A program made the translations under genes and the position numbers. A stretch of 64,000 nt of DNA from Octopus vulgaris (taxonomy: Eukaryota): positions 23,374,001-23,438,000 of the forward strand of contig OX597814.1 of the NCBI GenBank assembly GCA_951406725.2, given 5' to 3'. Within the stretch, counting starts at the first letter, position 1, and each line of letters opens with the position of its first letter. The notes below the pieces were generated by a model, which saw only the letters and a program-made list of their open reading frames with translations, did no database searches and was not told the DNA's origin. Positions 25,463-37,200 of this stretch are shown here, piece after piece.

Positions 25463-27694
25463 ATGTGAAGTACTAAAAGTAAAGTTGCAGCAAAGGATTA
25501 CATAAAAAATTCTTCAAGCTGAGCCAGCAGGCAAGAAACCTAGGGTAGACCAAGAATGACATGGTTGAATAGTAGCCATAGTCTCAGTTGGTCATGCTCA
25601 GGAATCCAGCAGGAAAGAGTAATGAGAGTTGCTAAAAAAGGAAAGCTATTGTTTAGATGTTGGCAAATTAAAAATTAACAAATACCAGGGTGAATAATAG
25701 AGACATAATAATGAATACAAATAGGAATCTAAAAACAGGTTACCAACTACATGAATGAATTTTGTTGTAACGAGGTTGCTGATGTAACATTCGAACCTCA
25801 CTTTTATTGAAATAAGTTACTAATTCAGTAACATTATCCCAATTTGTAATTGGTTTCCATAGGTTTACATCAATTAGAAATTTGTTTTCTTATGTCCGTT
25901 TGCCAACTGCCAGATTTGACTGGGCCTGATGAAGCCTTCTGGCTTCACAGACCCCAGTAGAACCGTCCAACCCATGCTAACATGGAAAACGGACGCTAAA
26001 CGATGATGATGATGATGATGATGAGGATGTCATTGGCCAATTATTCCCTTTTGTCTTGAAACTTTGCTGAAAATAAAAATGTTTATACCAGCCAAGATAT
26101 GTCTTTATCAAAAATAATTTCATAATAAAGCCACCAGTCTATAGTTTATATCTGTCTCTTAGCTTTCTATAAGAGAAATTTTGTCAAATTGCCTGAAACA
26201 GCATATATAGTAAGCATATCTCCTTCCAACTGACAATCTCTCGAAATCTTGAATTTTTCAAACTACAGCTGTATTCCTTTACTTTTCATACGTCACATTA
26301 GGATACTAGATGTTGCTTATAGAATTCAGCAAATAATTTGTTTAGTGAATTCTTTAAAGAAGCATCAGAACTTTTGCTGAGTTCATTAGCCTGGAGTATC
26401 TTTGGCTGAAGAAATACCAGTGTTGCAAAGTCTCCTTACATCAATGAATTTTGATATGAACTATCATTTCTTAGTAAGATGTTGTTCTACAATGATGACA
26501 TACAGCAATGATCAACATATACATGTTCAAATCTGCTGGAACATATTATAATTGAGTATGTATATCATTGCTTTGATTCTTATTGTTCACTGTGCACATG
26601 AGAATTTAGCATTAAAATTGATTTTAAGCAAATAATAAGTGTATGCATTGCACTTTGCTCTTAAAGAGTACAAGTGAACCAGTGTGGTGTAGTGCCTTAA
26701 AATCAGTAAATACTATGTCATTTTCCAATTCACTTAAAAATTCAAAAACCCAGTGTAATACAAGAATGTACGTTGGCTCAGTTATTAGAAATCTGTGATA
26801 TGATTTGTCATTCCCAAATTTTTAAGAAGGAAGGGTTTGATATGAGAGAAATTTAATCAACTACATAGAGCATTCCCTTGTTGTTTCATTAATATTGATT
26901 TTATTGATGTTGTTTTAATTTTAGCTTTGGGTCTCCTTTCATGTTTTTGTTTTTCTAGAGGACAGAAACCCCTCAAGTTATTAGTACTGCAATTGTAGAA
27001 CTTTGACTTTCTGCTTTTAGCACAACTCTCATTATGGAATCCTTTGATATGAAATTGAAATTTTTTCTAGATTTTAGAGTGTAATTAACACCTGAAGTTC
27101 AACCTGAAGTTACATCAGAATCTCTGGCCAATTCTCAAAAATCAATGTTTTCCTCAAAATCCTCTGCTTATTTAGCAATAGTGTCATGTTGTGGATCATC
27201 ACTTACATATAGTGAGGATCTAGTTAAAAAGTATCAATAGAAAATAGCAATTTTTCTGAAATACAGAACATATTGGATTGCTTTTCTTTCCTTTCAAACA
27301 ATGCCACATGTATCCACCTTGTATAATGTTATGTAGCATTTCAGGCATTTTCAGTGTATACTTGATAGGAACTTTTAGCTTTCCTTGCCTTTGTTTTTTA
27401 TGCTTTGATCCCCTCGAAGGCATATTACTTCTGGTCTATGAATTTAAAACCTGGCATTCTTATATTTTCTCTGTGGACTTCTAATTGCTATTTTCAGATA
27501 TGTTGTTTATGCTACAGCTATTTTTTTTATTGTTATTACCTAATAGTAATAACAATAAAAAAATAGCTATTTCTATTTAAGTATTTCTTTAATATTTTCA
27601 CCTTTGGTATTGTTATTTGCCAGTGGTGTTCTCTGTCTAAAGAGAACTAAATAAAGCAGCACATATGCTAGGACACAACAACCTCCTAAGCAAA

Positions 27695-28087
27695 CCAAGT
27701 TCAGGTATGAACAGTATATGGGAACTGGTATGAAGGAAGGATAGGAGAATATTTGATTTATAAGCCCTAAAATTTGCTCCATAATTGCCCACGAGGATAT
27801 GGCGTAGTGGTTAAGAGCATGGGCTACTAACCCCAAGATTCCGTGTTCGATTTCAGGCAGTGACCTAAATACTACTACTACTACTAATAATAATAATAAT
27901 AACACTGAAAAATACCTTAGGAATGAGAACCCAGGTTCGAAATTTCCCCAAGACACCTAATGAAGGCTTGGAGGGTATATCAGCCGAAACATTGTGTTAA
28001 CAACAAACAAGATGAGGAAAAAATCTCTGTCAATTATAAATAATGTAAATAATGTACATAATTCCTCATCTATTAAATATAGAACTT
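27695..28087 (+). mobile_element. Composite element: tRNA-like head (27794-27866), (TAC/TAA)n, degenerate minimal hammerhead (27952-27998)
   Basis: tggcgtagtggttaa (A box), gttcgatttc (B box), anticodon-like loop ctactaa; gacac CTAATGA a ggct..agcc GAAAC ATT gtgtt; outer ends approximate. Confidence 0.6.
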
Positions 28088-28249
28088 TATAGTGTTGTCA
28101 TACCACTTTGTCTCGTGGGAAGGGGAGTACCGTTTTCACTACAACAGAATGAAATCCAGATCACAAGCATTTTTCACCAATATCTATGTTACTCTTATGT
28201 CATGGCACTCACCTATCAATTTATATCGATGTTGAACAAATATAGATTT

Positions 28250-28458
28250 CAAATTTTGGCACAAGGCCAGCAAGTTTGAGGAAGAGTGTAAGTTGGTTAC
28301 ATTGACTTCAGTGCTCAATTGGCACTTATTTTATCAACACCAAAAGGAAGAAAGGCAAAGCCGAACGTGGCAGAATTTGAACTCCAAACATTAGAACAGA
28401 TGAAATATCACTAAGTATTTTGCCTGGTGTGGTAACGATACCGCCAGCTAACCACCTT
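28250..28458 (-). mobile_element. SINE family B
   Basis: gaaaggcaaagccgaac..cagaatttgaactc..ccgccagctaaccacctt. Confidence 0.75.
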
Positions 28459-28844
28459 ATATGTAGAGCAAATATTAGGAGAAATTTTAGTTGGTCAGAT
28501 TTCTTTCTAATATACACCAGTGAAAAACACACAGACATATATGTATACACACATACATTTATATGCACACACACACACACAAATATGTATGCACATAAAT
28601 ACACACACATGTGTATGTGTGTGTGTGTGTGTGTACGTGCGTGTGTGCATGCAAGAGACTTCCATACAGTTTCAGTGCAAATATAATTCTACTCACAAAA
28701 TCATGGTTAGCCCAAGGCTGCGATAGAACCTGGTAGCATGAGATTGCAAATCAAAAATGTCATTATTCTTTCTTATTTCCAATTTTTCAATGAGTATGAC
28801 CAATCAAGCATGATAAATGTTGACTGGTTGCTGACAAAACAATA

Positions 28845-29008
28845 GTGGATCTAATTTGGTAAAATAAAGTAAATTCGTCATAACTGGGCTGTTATTTGTA
28901 ATTAACAGAGAAGCTGAGATTCTTGTACTAAGAAGAAAAAGTAGATACAGCTTTTATGTAAAACTGGCAGAAAATAAGATTCTATGAATTGGTTATTCCT
29001 TCAAAGTA
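28845..29008 (-). repeat. Right arm of long-range inverted repeat
   Basis: Reverse complement of 19931-20094. Confidence 0.95.
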
Positions 29009-29217
29009 AACATTCTGATATTTTAGATCAGCTGTAAAGGGAGTTCTATACAGAGAAGAAAAGATCCTGTTGATTCCTGTTGTATAGTCTTCTGTCAAGG
29101 AAATAAGAGAGTGAAGAAAAGCAGATTGCTAATAGCTTATGGCTTGGCAATCTATGTGTGCTAACTCTATTATTACATGACTATATGCAAACAATTTGTT
29201 GAAAGATATATAAAATT

Positions 29218-29333
29218 CAATAGCTGTGGTGGTCATAAGTTATTGCATCTGACTGAAGGACTGTGAGTGTGACTTGCTCAGAAGATACATATCTGGCTCT
29301 TGATGATGCAATGGTTGTGGCTACAAGTTATTG
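29218..29333 (+). other. G-U-rich RNA stem-loop candidate
   Basis: caatagctgtggtggtcataagttattgcatc pairs with gatgcaatggttgtggctacaagttattg: ~29 bp, 6 G-U, bulges only. Confidence 0.45.
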
Positions 29334-29518
29334 CATCCAGCAAAAATAGTGTTTCCGTTACCCTCATATCAGATGATTGCTTGTAAAACCAGTCAGTAAA
29401 GGAGTGTTAAGGGTAGTACTACTCTTTATTTTGTAATAGTATTATTAGTTTATGCTTAGAAAAGTCTATTAGATAAAAGAGATTTTGATAAAATTATTAC
29501 CAGACTAAGTCTATATAG

Positions 29519-29826
29519 TGGGGGCACAATGGCCCAGTGGTTAGGGCAGCGGACTTGCAGTCAGAGGATCACAGTTTCGATTCCAAGACTGGGCGTTGTG
29601 TGTGTTTAATGAGCAAAAACACCTAAAAGCTGGCAACGAGGCTCTGGCAGGGGGTGGTGGCAACCACTGTTGTACCCTTTCGCCCTTACTTTCTCTCACT
29701 CTGTCTTCCTGTTTCTCAAGTAATGCTGCGATGGACTGGTGTCCCGTCCAGCTGGGAGAAACACATATGCCACAGAAACCAGGCCCATGAGCCTGGCTAG
29801 GCTTGAAAAGGGCACATAAAAAAAAA
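29519..29826 (+). mobile_element. SINE family E with 11-bp TSD
   Basis: tggcccagtggttagg A box, gtttcgattcc B box, ctgcgatggactggtgtcccgtccag core, poly-A; TSD aagtctatata 29507-29517 / 29828-29838. Confidence 0.85.
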
Positions 29827-29839
29827 CAAGTCTATATAT

Positions 29840-30355
29840 GGGACTCACAGAGGCAATGACTAGCGACAGAGACCTTTTGGTGATATGTCCTGTTTGAGAA
29901 GACTTGTCAGGCCAAGTGGACATTGTTGGTGTCATATAAATAGCACCCATGAAATTGTAATTGTGACTGTTGCTGGTAGCATGATCTTCAAACGTTGGGC
30001 ATCATGAAGGTAAGAGACAACATGATCTTTGAGTGTTGGGCCTCATGGAGGTGATCACTAGTGACCGAGACCTTGGTGATATACTGTGCTTGAGAAAACC
30101 CCTTAAGCCAAATGAAACATTGTAGTGGCCATTACTAGTGTCATGTAGATGGCACCCGTGCCAGTGGCACGTAAAAAGCACCCATTACACTCTCAGAGTG
30201 GTTGGCATTAGGAAGGGCATCCAGCAGTAGAAACCATGCCAAAATCAGACTGAAACCTGGTGCAGCTCTATGGCTTTACAGTTCCACTCAAACTATCTAA
30301 CTCATGCCAGCATGGGAAACAGACGTTGAATGATGATGATGGTGATGATGGTGAT
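29840..30355 (+). mobile_element. RTE LINE 3' tail ending in (GAT)n
   Basis: gtggttggcattaggaagggcatccagc..catgccagcatgggaaacagacgttgaatgatgatgat, same as the tail of 60601-61468. Confidence 0.75.
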
Positions 30356-30422
30356 ATCTATTTCTGTGTGAGTATGTGTGTGTGTAGACACACACACAAG
30401 CACACACACACACTCATATATA

Positions 30423-31175
30423 AGTATAAACCCATGTAATTTGCACACCTGTATAATTTATGCAGGTGATTTTCAGGATAAAATTTATTAAAAAATGTTT
30501 CAACTCCTGTAAAATTCGCACCTAAAAGTTTTCAGAATTGCCGATATAGCCAGGGGAAAAGGTTTTCAATTTAGTTGCATTTAGCATAATTTCACTTACT
30601 TACTACGATTAGATTTTATTAAATTTTCATAAAATAAAAATAATTTCTATTTAACAGGTATCACATTGAAAGCTATTAAATTTAAAAGTGTTTGTGTTGT
30701 TTATCATAACCTTTATTTTACCTTTCTTGCCCACCAGAGATTATGTCCGATCTTTAACATACTGTTGTATGTCTTCGCAAATTACAATCACAGGAAAAGT
30801 AGTTGATAAGAATTACCAACAAAAACAAAGCTGATAAATATGCACAGGTATTGCAAATCAAGTTTAATTACCAATAAATATTATCTTGGATGGCACTTTA
30901 CACAACCAACAGATGAAGGAAAAGTAAGCATTATACCGTCCAGCTTAGATAAATGTCAACTTTATTACGTGTATTTAAGCCATTATTATTTTTCTATAAA
31001 AATCTATTCTGACCTTAAATGAGTTAACTTCCAATATGAATTTTCACGTTTTGTACCTCTTTTTGCAACAAAACAAATTTCAAAAAAATTCTGGAAACAA
31101 TCTACTCGTGTAATTTATGCACCCACTAAAGTTTATTTTGTGAATAAAGGGCATAAATTACATGGGCTTTTACAG
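30423..31175. mobile_element. Tc2/pogo-group MITE
   Basis: TIR gtataaacccatgtaattt / aaattacatgggcttttacag, TA flanks, subterminal taatttatgca repeats. Confidence 0.6.
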
Positions 31176-31217
31176 TATATAAATATATATGTGTATCTGT
31201 CTCTCTATCTATCTATA

Positions 31218-31327
<110 letters not shown>

Positions 31328-31357
31328 TGTGTATGTGTTTAAGTATAGATATGTAAA

Positions 31358-32613
31358 TGTTAAGTTGTCTCATGATAAGTCGTATTTTAAATGGGTTTCT
31401 TATGAGTCATCTGTAAATGGATTTTTAATGAGTTTCTATGTACATGCTTGTGTTTACTCTTAGCTCCTTTTCTTTCTAGATGATACTATTATTCAAAATT
31501 GCTACTCACAGCTCTTATGACAATGTTGACAACTGAACAATACCAAGTGATTTTCTTGTATGAATACAAGTTGGGTTGCTCTGCCACCAAAGCTCGGCAA
31601 AACATCAGCAGGCTTTTGGTAATGATTCTGTTGACATTAGAACTGTTTAGAGATGGTTCCAAAGATTTCATTCAGGAAATGAAAGCCTTAAAAAAGAATC
31701 AAGAAGATGACCAAACTCAGTTATTCGGCATGATGAATTGAATGCTTTGGTTAAATGAAATCCGAGAACAACAGTCCGAAAAATTGGATCAGAGTTCCAG
31801 ACATCTCCTGCAACTGCTTCCCGACACTTGAAGAATATTGGAAAAGTCAAAAAGATGGGTAGGTTTGTTCCCCATCAACTTAAGGAGATTCAGTGTGTTC
31901 CATATTGATTTCTTGTTTGGAAAGAGAACCATTTTGGTATCGACTCATTACATGAGATGAGAAATGGATACTCTTTGATAACAGCAGGAGGATAGAACAG
32001 TGGTTAGATGCAGGAGAGTCACCAAAACACTACCCAAAACCACCATTGCACCCTCAAAAGTTGATGGTCACTGTATGGTAGTCAACAAAAGGGGTTATTC
32101 GTTATTCATTTTTTGCAACAAGGAAAAACTGTAAAAGCAGCATCTTATTGTCAGGAAATTGATTGTATGCATGAAAAATTACAAAAGAAGCAACCCAGCT
32201 TAGTGAATAGAGATGGCCCAATTTTGCTTCATGATAATGCATGGTCTCATGCTTCTCAAGCTAAGGCCCACAAGTTGCAAAACCTGAATTATGAAATTTT
32301 GGCACATCCTCCTTATTCACCTGATATCTCTCCTACTGATTATCACATATTTAAACAATTCAAGCTTGTTAAACGCAATAAAACATTCTTGAATAAAGAA
32401 GTGCTAATTGAAGCATTCAAACAGTTTATCAGTGTAAAAGATGACAAATTCTTGGAAGACGAAATATATACCTTAGAAGAACGTTAGATGAAGGTCATAA
32501 ATGAAATAGGATCATATTTTGATTATCATTAATAACTAAATATTCTAAAACTTAAAAGATAGTTTTAATGTTTCCTTTTTCAAATGTGACATTTCATGTG
32601 AGACAACCTAATA
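31358..32613 (+). mobile_element. Mariner (DD34D) transposon, full length, transposase pseudogene ~31522-32530
   Basis: TIR ttaagttgtctca / tgagacaacctaata; FVPHQL, DEKWILFDN, LLHDNA, HPPYSPDISPTDY motifs with stops and frameshifts. Confidence 0.92.
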
Positions 32614-33130
32614 CATACATACATACATACATACATACATACATACATACATACATACATACATGTATATGTATATATCTATATCTGTCTAAATATCTAA
32701 TATAGTAAGGTTGGTCACTATACCAAACTTACGTTCTAGGGAGTTAAGAGAGTAGAACAGCCCTTTCCTTGTCTGTTCATACCACTAGAGAAGGCTATAT
32801 AGAGATGCATACATATATGTGCATGTGTATGTGTGTGTGGGTGTATATACATATATACATACACACACACACATACACACACAAACACACACACATATAT
32901 ACATTATGCATGTACAAGAAGTAAGGTGACAACAACTTCGAAGTTTTGCCCTGCTAAACTTCCATCATAGTTCATTGGAGGCTAGCAGACCGACACTCTG
33001 AAGTCCCTGTCACCACACTCCTCTTAATTGTAAAATAAATATGTACTGTATAGTAAAGTATTGAGTAATTCTTCAGTTTAATGTAAAATTGTTTTCATTA
33101 TATCTCAATATACAAATAAGCATCAATATT

Positions 33131-33165
<35 letters not shown>

Positions 33166-33191
33166 ATATGTATATATATATATATATATAA

Positions 33192-33236
<45 letters not shown>

Positions 33237-33266
33237 AATATGCATATATATATATATATATATGTA

Positions 33267-33452
33267 TATAATTTCAACAATTGAGGTAAATTAATTAGTT
33301 ATTAATCAATTTCACCAAGTATTCAGTATGTAAAAGGACCATTTAAGGCGAATTCAAAATATTACATTATATAAAAGGGCTTAGTAAAATACTGAATACT
33401 TGGTGAAATTGATTAATAACTAATTAATTTACCCACAATTGTTGAAATTATA
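33267..33452. repeat. Fold-back inverted repeat (63-bp arms) next to (AT)n
   Basis: 33267-33329 is the reverse complement of 33389-33452. Confidence 0.9.
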
Positions 33453-33825
33453 ATTATTTCTCTCTGTTTATTGCCTCGGTTTTCACCGCTAAAATATAGT
33501 TTATATGGAAGGGAGAGCAGGAATTCTTCGCTTGCATATTTTGAATTTGTTGGCACTGTCAGTTTGAACGGTCGTCTGAGGTGTTAAGTCGCCAAAAGGG
33601 TATACTTTCAGTGTTTCCAAATCCAAATTAAGAAATTTTGGGCTGACGAAAGAAATGTCGAATTTTATTTGGCTGATCTATAACGTTCTCAAATAATCTT
33701 TACTTGTGATTTTTTAATGTTTTTACCCCATACCTTCGTGGGTTATGAGTAAACACTATCTGAGAGAAATTTTCTTTAAGTATTAGAAATAGCTAGAAAA
33801 ACTTTTTGGCTGCTATTTCTAATGA

Positions 33826-33867
<42 letters not shown>

Positions 33868-33982
33868 AAATAATGAGGGTGATAAATTGAATATTAATTT
33901 AATTAACATCAATTTAAAACCAGTAGCCTAGCATATAGAAGAATCTGAAAATTCAGAAAAATTGTAATACATGCATATAATA

Positions 33983-34143
33983 AGGGATGACCACTAAGTG
34001 GATATCCAATATACTAGAAGAAGATCATCTACGATCTAACCACAAAGAAAAGAATGTTCTCTAGAGAAATTCAGCAAAGACCAGTTCTGGTGGTTAGATC
34101 GTAGGTGATTTTCTAGCATATTGGATGTCCACTTAGTGGTCGT

Positions 34144-34147
<4 letters not shown>
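33983..34147. repeat. Fold-back inverted repeat (~60-bp arms) next to (AT)n
   Basis: agggatgaccactaagtggatatccaatat..acgatctaaccac vs gtggttagatcgt..atattggatgtccacttagtggtcgtccct. Confidence 0.9.
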
Positions 34148-34206
<59 letters not shown>

Positions 34207-37200
34207 TATATAAATTGTGTGTTCAAGTGTGTATGTGAGCAGATATATAAATACATACACATTATTTATATTAAAGCTTGAAATAACTTTATTGTGAATT
34301 TATATTGATTTCTTTATTTGCGTCTGTGAATAAAGTTAACTACTTTTCAAACTTCTTATTGTTACTTAATAGTTATTTTAAAAAATTTTCTTCGAAGTAA
34401 AAACAATAAAGTAAGAAGAAGGAAAATGAACACCTCATTCCTCATTTCACTGGTATGAAATAGTTGAAATCCTGATATATAATTAATGTAGAGAAGCTAT
34501 ACCTTCTGTTTTTAGCTGGTGAACTTTCATGGATACAAATCTCAGCTATCACTTTCATTTTCAACTCAATGATAATCAGTGATTCATCAAAAATAATTAT
34601 AGATCTAATATCGGATAGAGAATTGTTTGATATAAATATTTCTTCACTTTTCATTGGCTGAAAAAGTACAGTTGTATACTTTCTTAACCCTTGAGAATTA
34701 TAACCTGTCAAAGTCTATCATTTGTTTTCACACCGAATAGTCAATTCTACTCTTATTTTAACCTTTATTCAAAGTAATGTTCTTGACTTTGTTTTGCCTT
34801 GTTTTCTATGTTACTATATGTATCTAGGGAAATCAATTTAATGTCATTCTCTGTTCTAAATTTCCCATATATTTTCATCGCTGATTTTAGTACTTCCTTG
34901 AGGTAATTATATAGAGCTTCATTTTTCTTTCTTGCGATAAGTTAAAGAATTAACCAGAAACCATAATTGTCTAAAGGTTTAAAGTTCAGAATAAAAATGT
35001 GTGATGTTAAAAATAACTAGAAATATAAAAATAGAAATATAAAAGTCTGTTTTAAATACTGTAATATATAAAATAAAGAAAATCAAAGTAAATGAGAATG
35101 ATATATTATGTATGTATTATGATGGATAGGAAATTTTGATGTTAAAAGTTAGAATTAATTGGAAAAGAAGCAAATATAACAACATAGTATGAAACGTATT
35201 GCTTTTGTACAAATTATAGGTGTGATCATTTACAATGATCCAGTTAAAAGCATTCAGCTGTAATGAAATAACTAACTACTACTGAGTATAGTATGGCAAA
35301 TTTAGGTAGGTCAAAAGCTGTTTCTGTTGTTTAACCCCAGATCAATTCTGGACTAATAGAATCACAGTTACAAGCATTCCAGCCATGACCATCCTACTTT
35401 TTCAAACTACATAGAACTACATTCTTTCTAGTTTTAAAAGATGACAAGGTGTGATATGAAGCATGTTTGTTTGCTATTTCTAGTAAATTGAGTAACCATA
35501 AAGGACCCCTCCTTGACTCACTGTGCATTTAGTGTTAAACTTGAGTATAGTGAACTAGATGTAGTTATTGAAACCCAGGTTAGTTTTAAATGATCAGATC
35601 CTATGATCAAAGGCATTTTAGTCATGACCATCTCACCTTTTTCAGACAATGTTTTTATCAAACTAAATAATTCAACTATATTATCCTTCCTTGCATTTTA
35701 AAGACAGAAGAAGCCAATATGGCTGTTATAGCTGATAAGTTAAGCTATGTCACAAGGGTTAACACATGCTTATTTATTGACATATATCATATTTAGTGTA
35801 TCAGTTAATGTATCATTGTGCCCAGATTTAGTGAAACAAACATATCCTTGGTTTGGAGACCTGGTCTGAAAGCTTGTGACAGGATGTACTTCATTAAAGA
35901 CATCCAAGTGGTGATGATAACGAAATAGGCAATAGATTAGTGTAAAATAGCTAACATAGATATATATTTAAATTTTTGGTATTTAACACCATCAGGTCTT
36001 ATTAGGCAGGCCTATGACACATAATGGTTTAGTTGATTAAACAGACCTATGATGCATAATTTGTCAGTTGTGGTTGGTATTTTTTTTTAGCTTCAGTCAG
36101 TTTCAATTTCAAAAATTTATGACACATACAGCTGCCAAATTTCTCTCAAATCAACCTCCATGATTCAGTTAAAACAGTTTACATTGGATAATATGGTTCT
36201 CAGAAAAGAAATAGTTACCACTGAAATGTCTTTTATCATAGGTCTATTTTATAAGAACTGACTTGTGTCATAGGTTACTGAAAACAGAAGGCTTTGATCA
36301 ACATGAGACTAATAAAAGACACTTACCTAAAATGTCATCTAATGAGAAGTAATCTAATAACACGTAACTGTGAAGTGAATTTATAAACTCCAAAGCTAGG
36401 CCTGTGGCTAACAGTCATAGCGACACACTTGAGTGCTCAATAGGGCTAGTAAAATATATGTGATTGATCAAATAAGTTCCTTATAGATTAGTATTTCTGT
36501 TTCAGTGTGTTGACAAAACATGGCATGGCTAAGTGGACCTTAGAGTGCTTGCATTTTCTTTACTATGTTTTCTATGTTATGCTGTCAATGTTGTAGAAGT
36601 GCTTTAGGTAATTCCTTGTATTTTTTTCTTATCTGTATGATATATTAATTTTAATGAATGTGATGGTTGTATTTTGATGCTGTTTGATGTTGCTATCAGA
36701 CACGGAGATAGATGGTGGATTTGGTAGTTGCTACCTTTTGTGTATTTATTTTGAACGAGACTACTAGGTGGCTGAGGTAGGGTTGGAGTAGATGTGTAGC
36801 AACAGATGTTTGTTTTTGTGAGGAGGTAAGTAAGATCTCATCTTTATATAGATCTGTGTTTCATGAAGGCTTGGATAGGCACCACCACCACCATCATCTT
36901 CATCATCATCATCATCATCATTATTGTTTAATCATCTGTTTACCATTCTGGCATGAGTTAGACATTTTGACAGGATCCAGCAAGACACTGGGCTGCATCA
37001 AGCTCCAGAGTCAGTTTTGGCATGGTTTCTATGGTTGGATGCCCTTCTTAGTGTAAACCTCTTAACAGTGTGCAGTGAGTGCTTCTTTGGAGCTGCTGGC
37101 TCAGGTGAGGTTACCAAGTAACTTACAAGACAAGGAGAGAACTATAAGAAAAAACCCTCGACAAAGTGAAGGGGAGAATATTTGAGAAGTGGTGTCAGCT

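Noticed and set aside
26040-27430. Decayed minus-strand coding-like sequence
   Set aside because: Many stops and no diagnostic motif that can be named with confidence
27794-27866. Functional tRNA gene (also SINE heads at 29519 and 62503)
   Set aside because: Acceptor and T stems do not pair, no Pol III terminator, embedded in repeats
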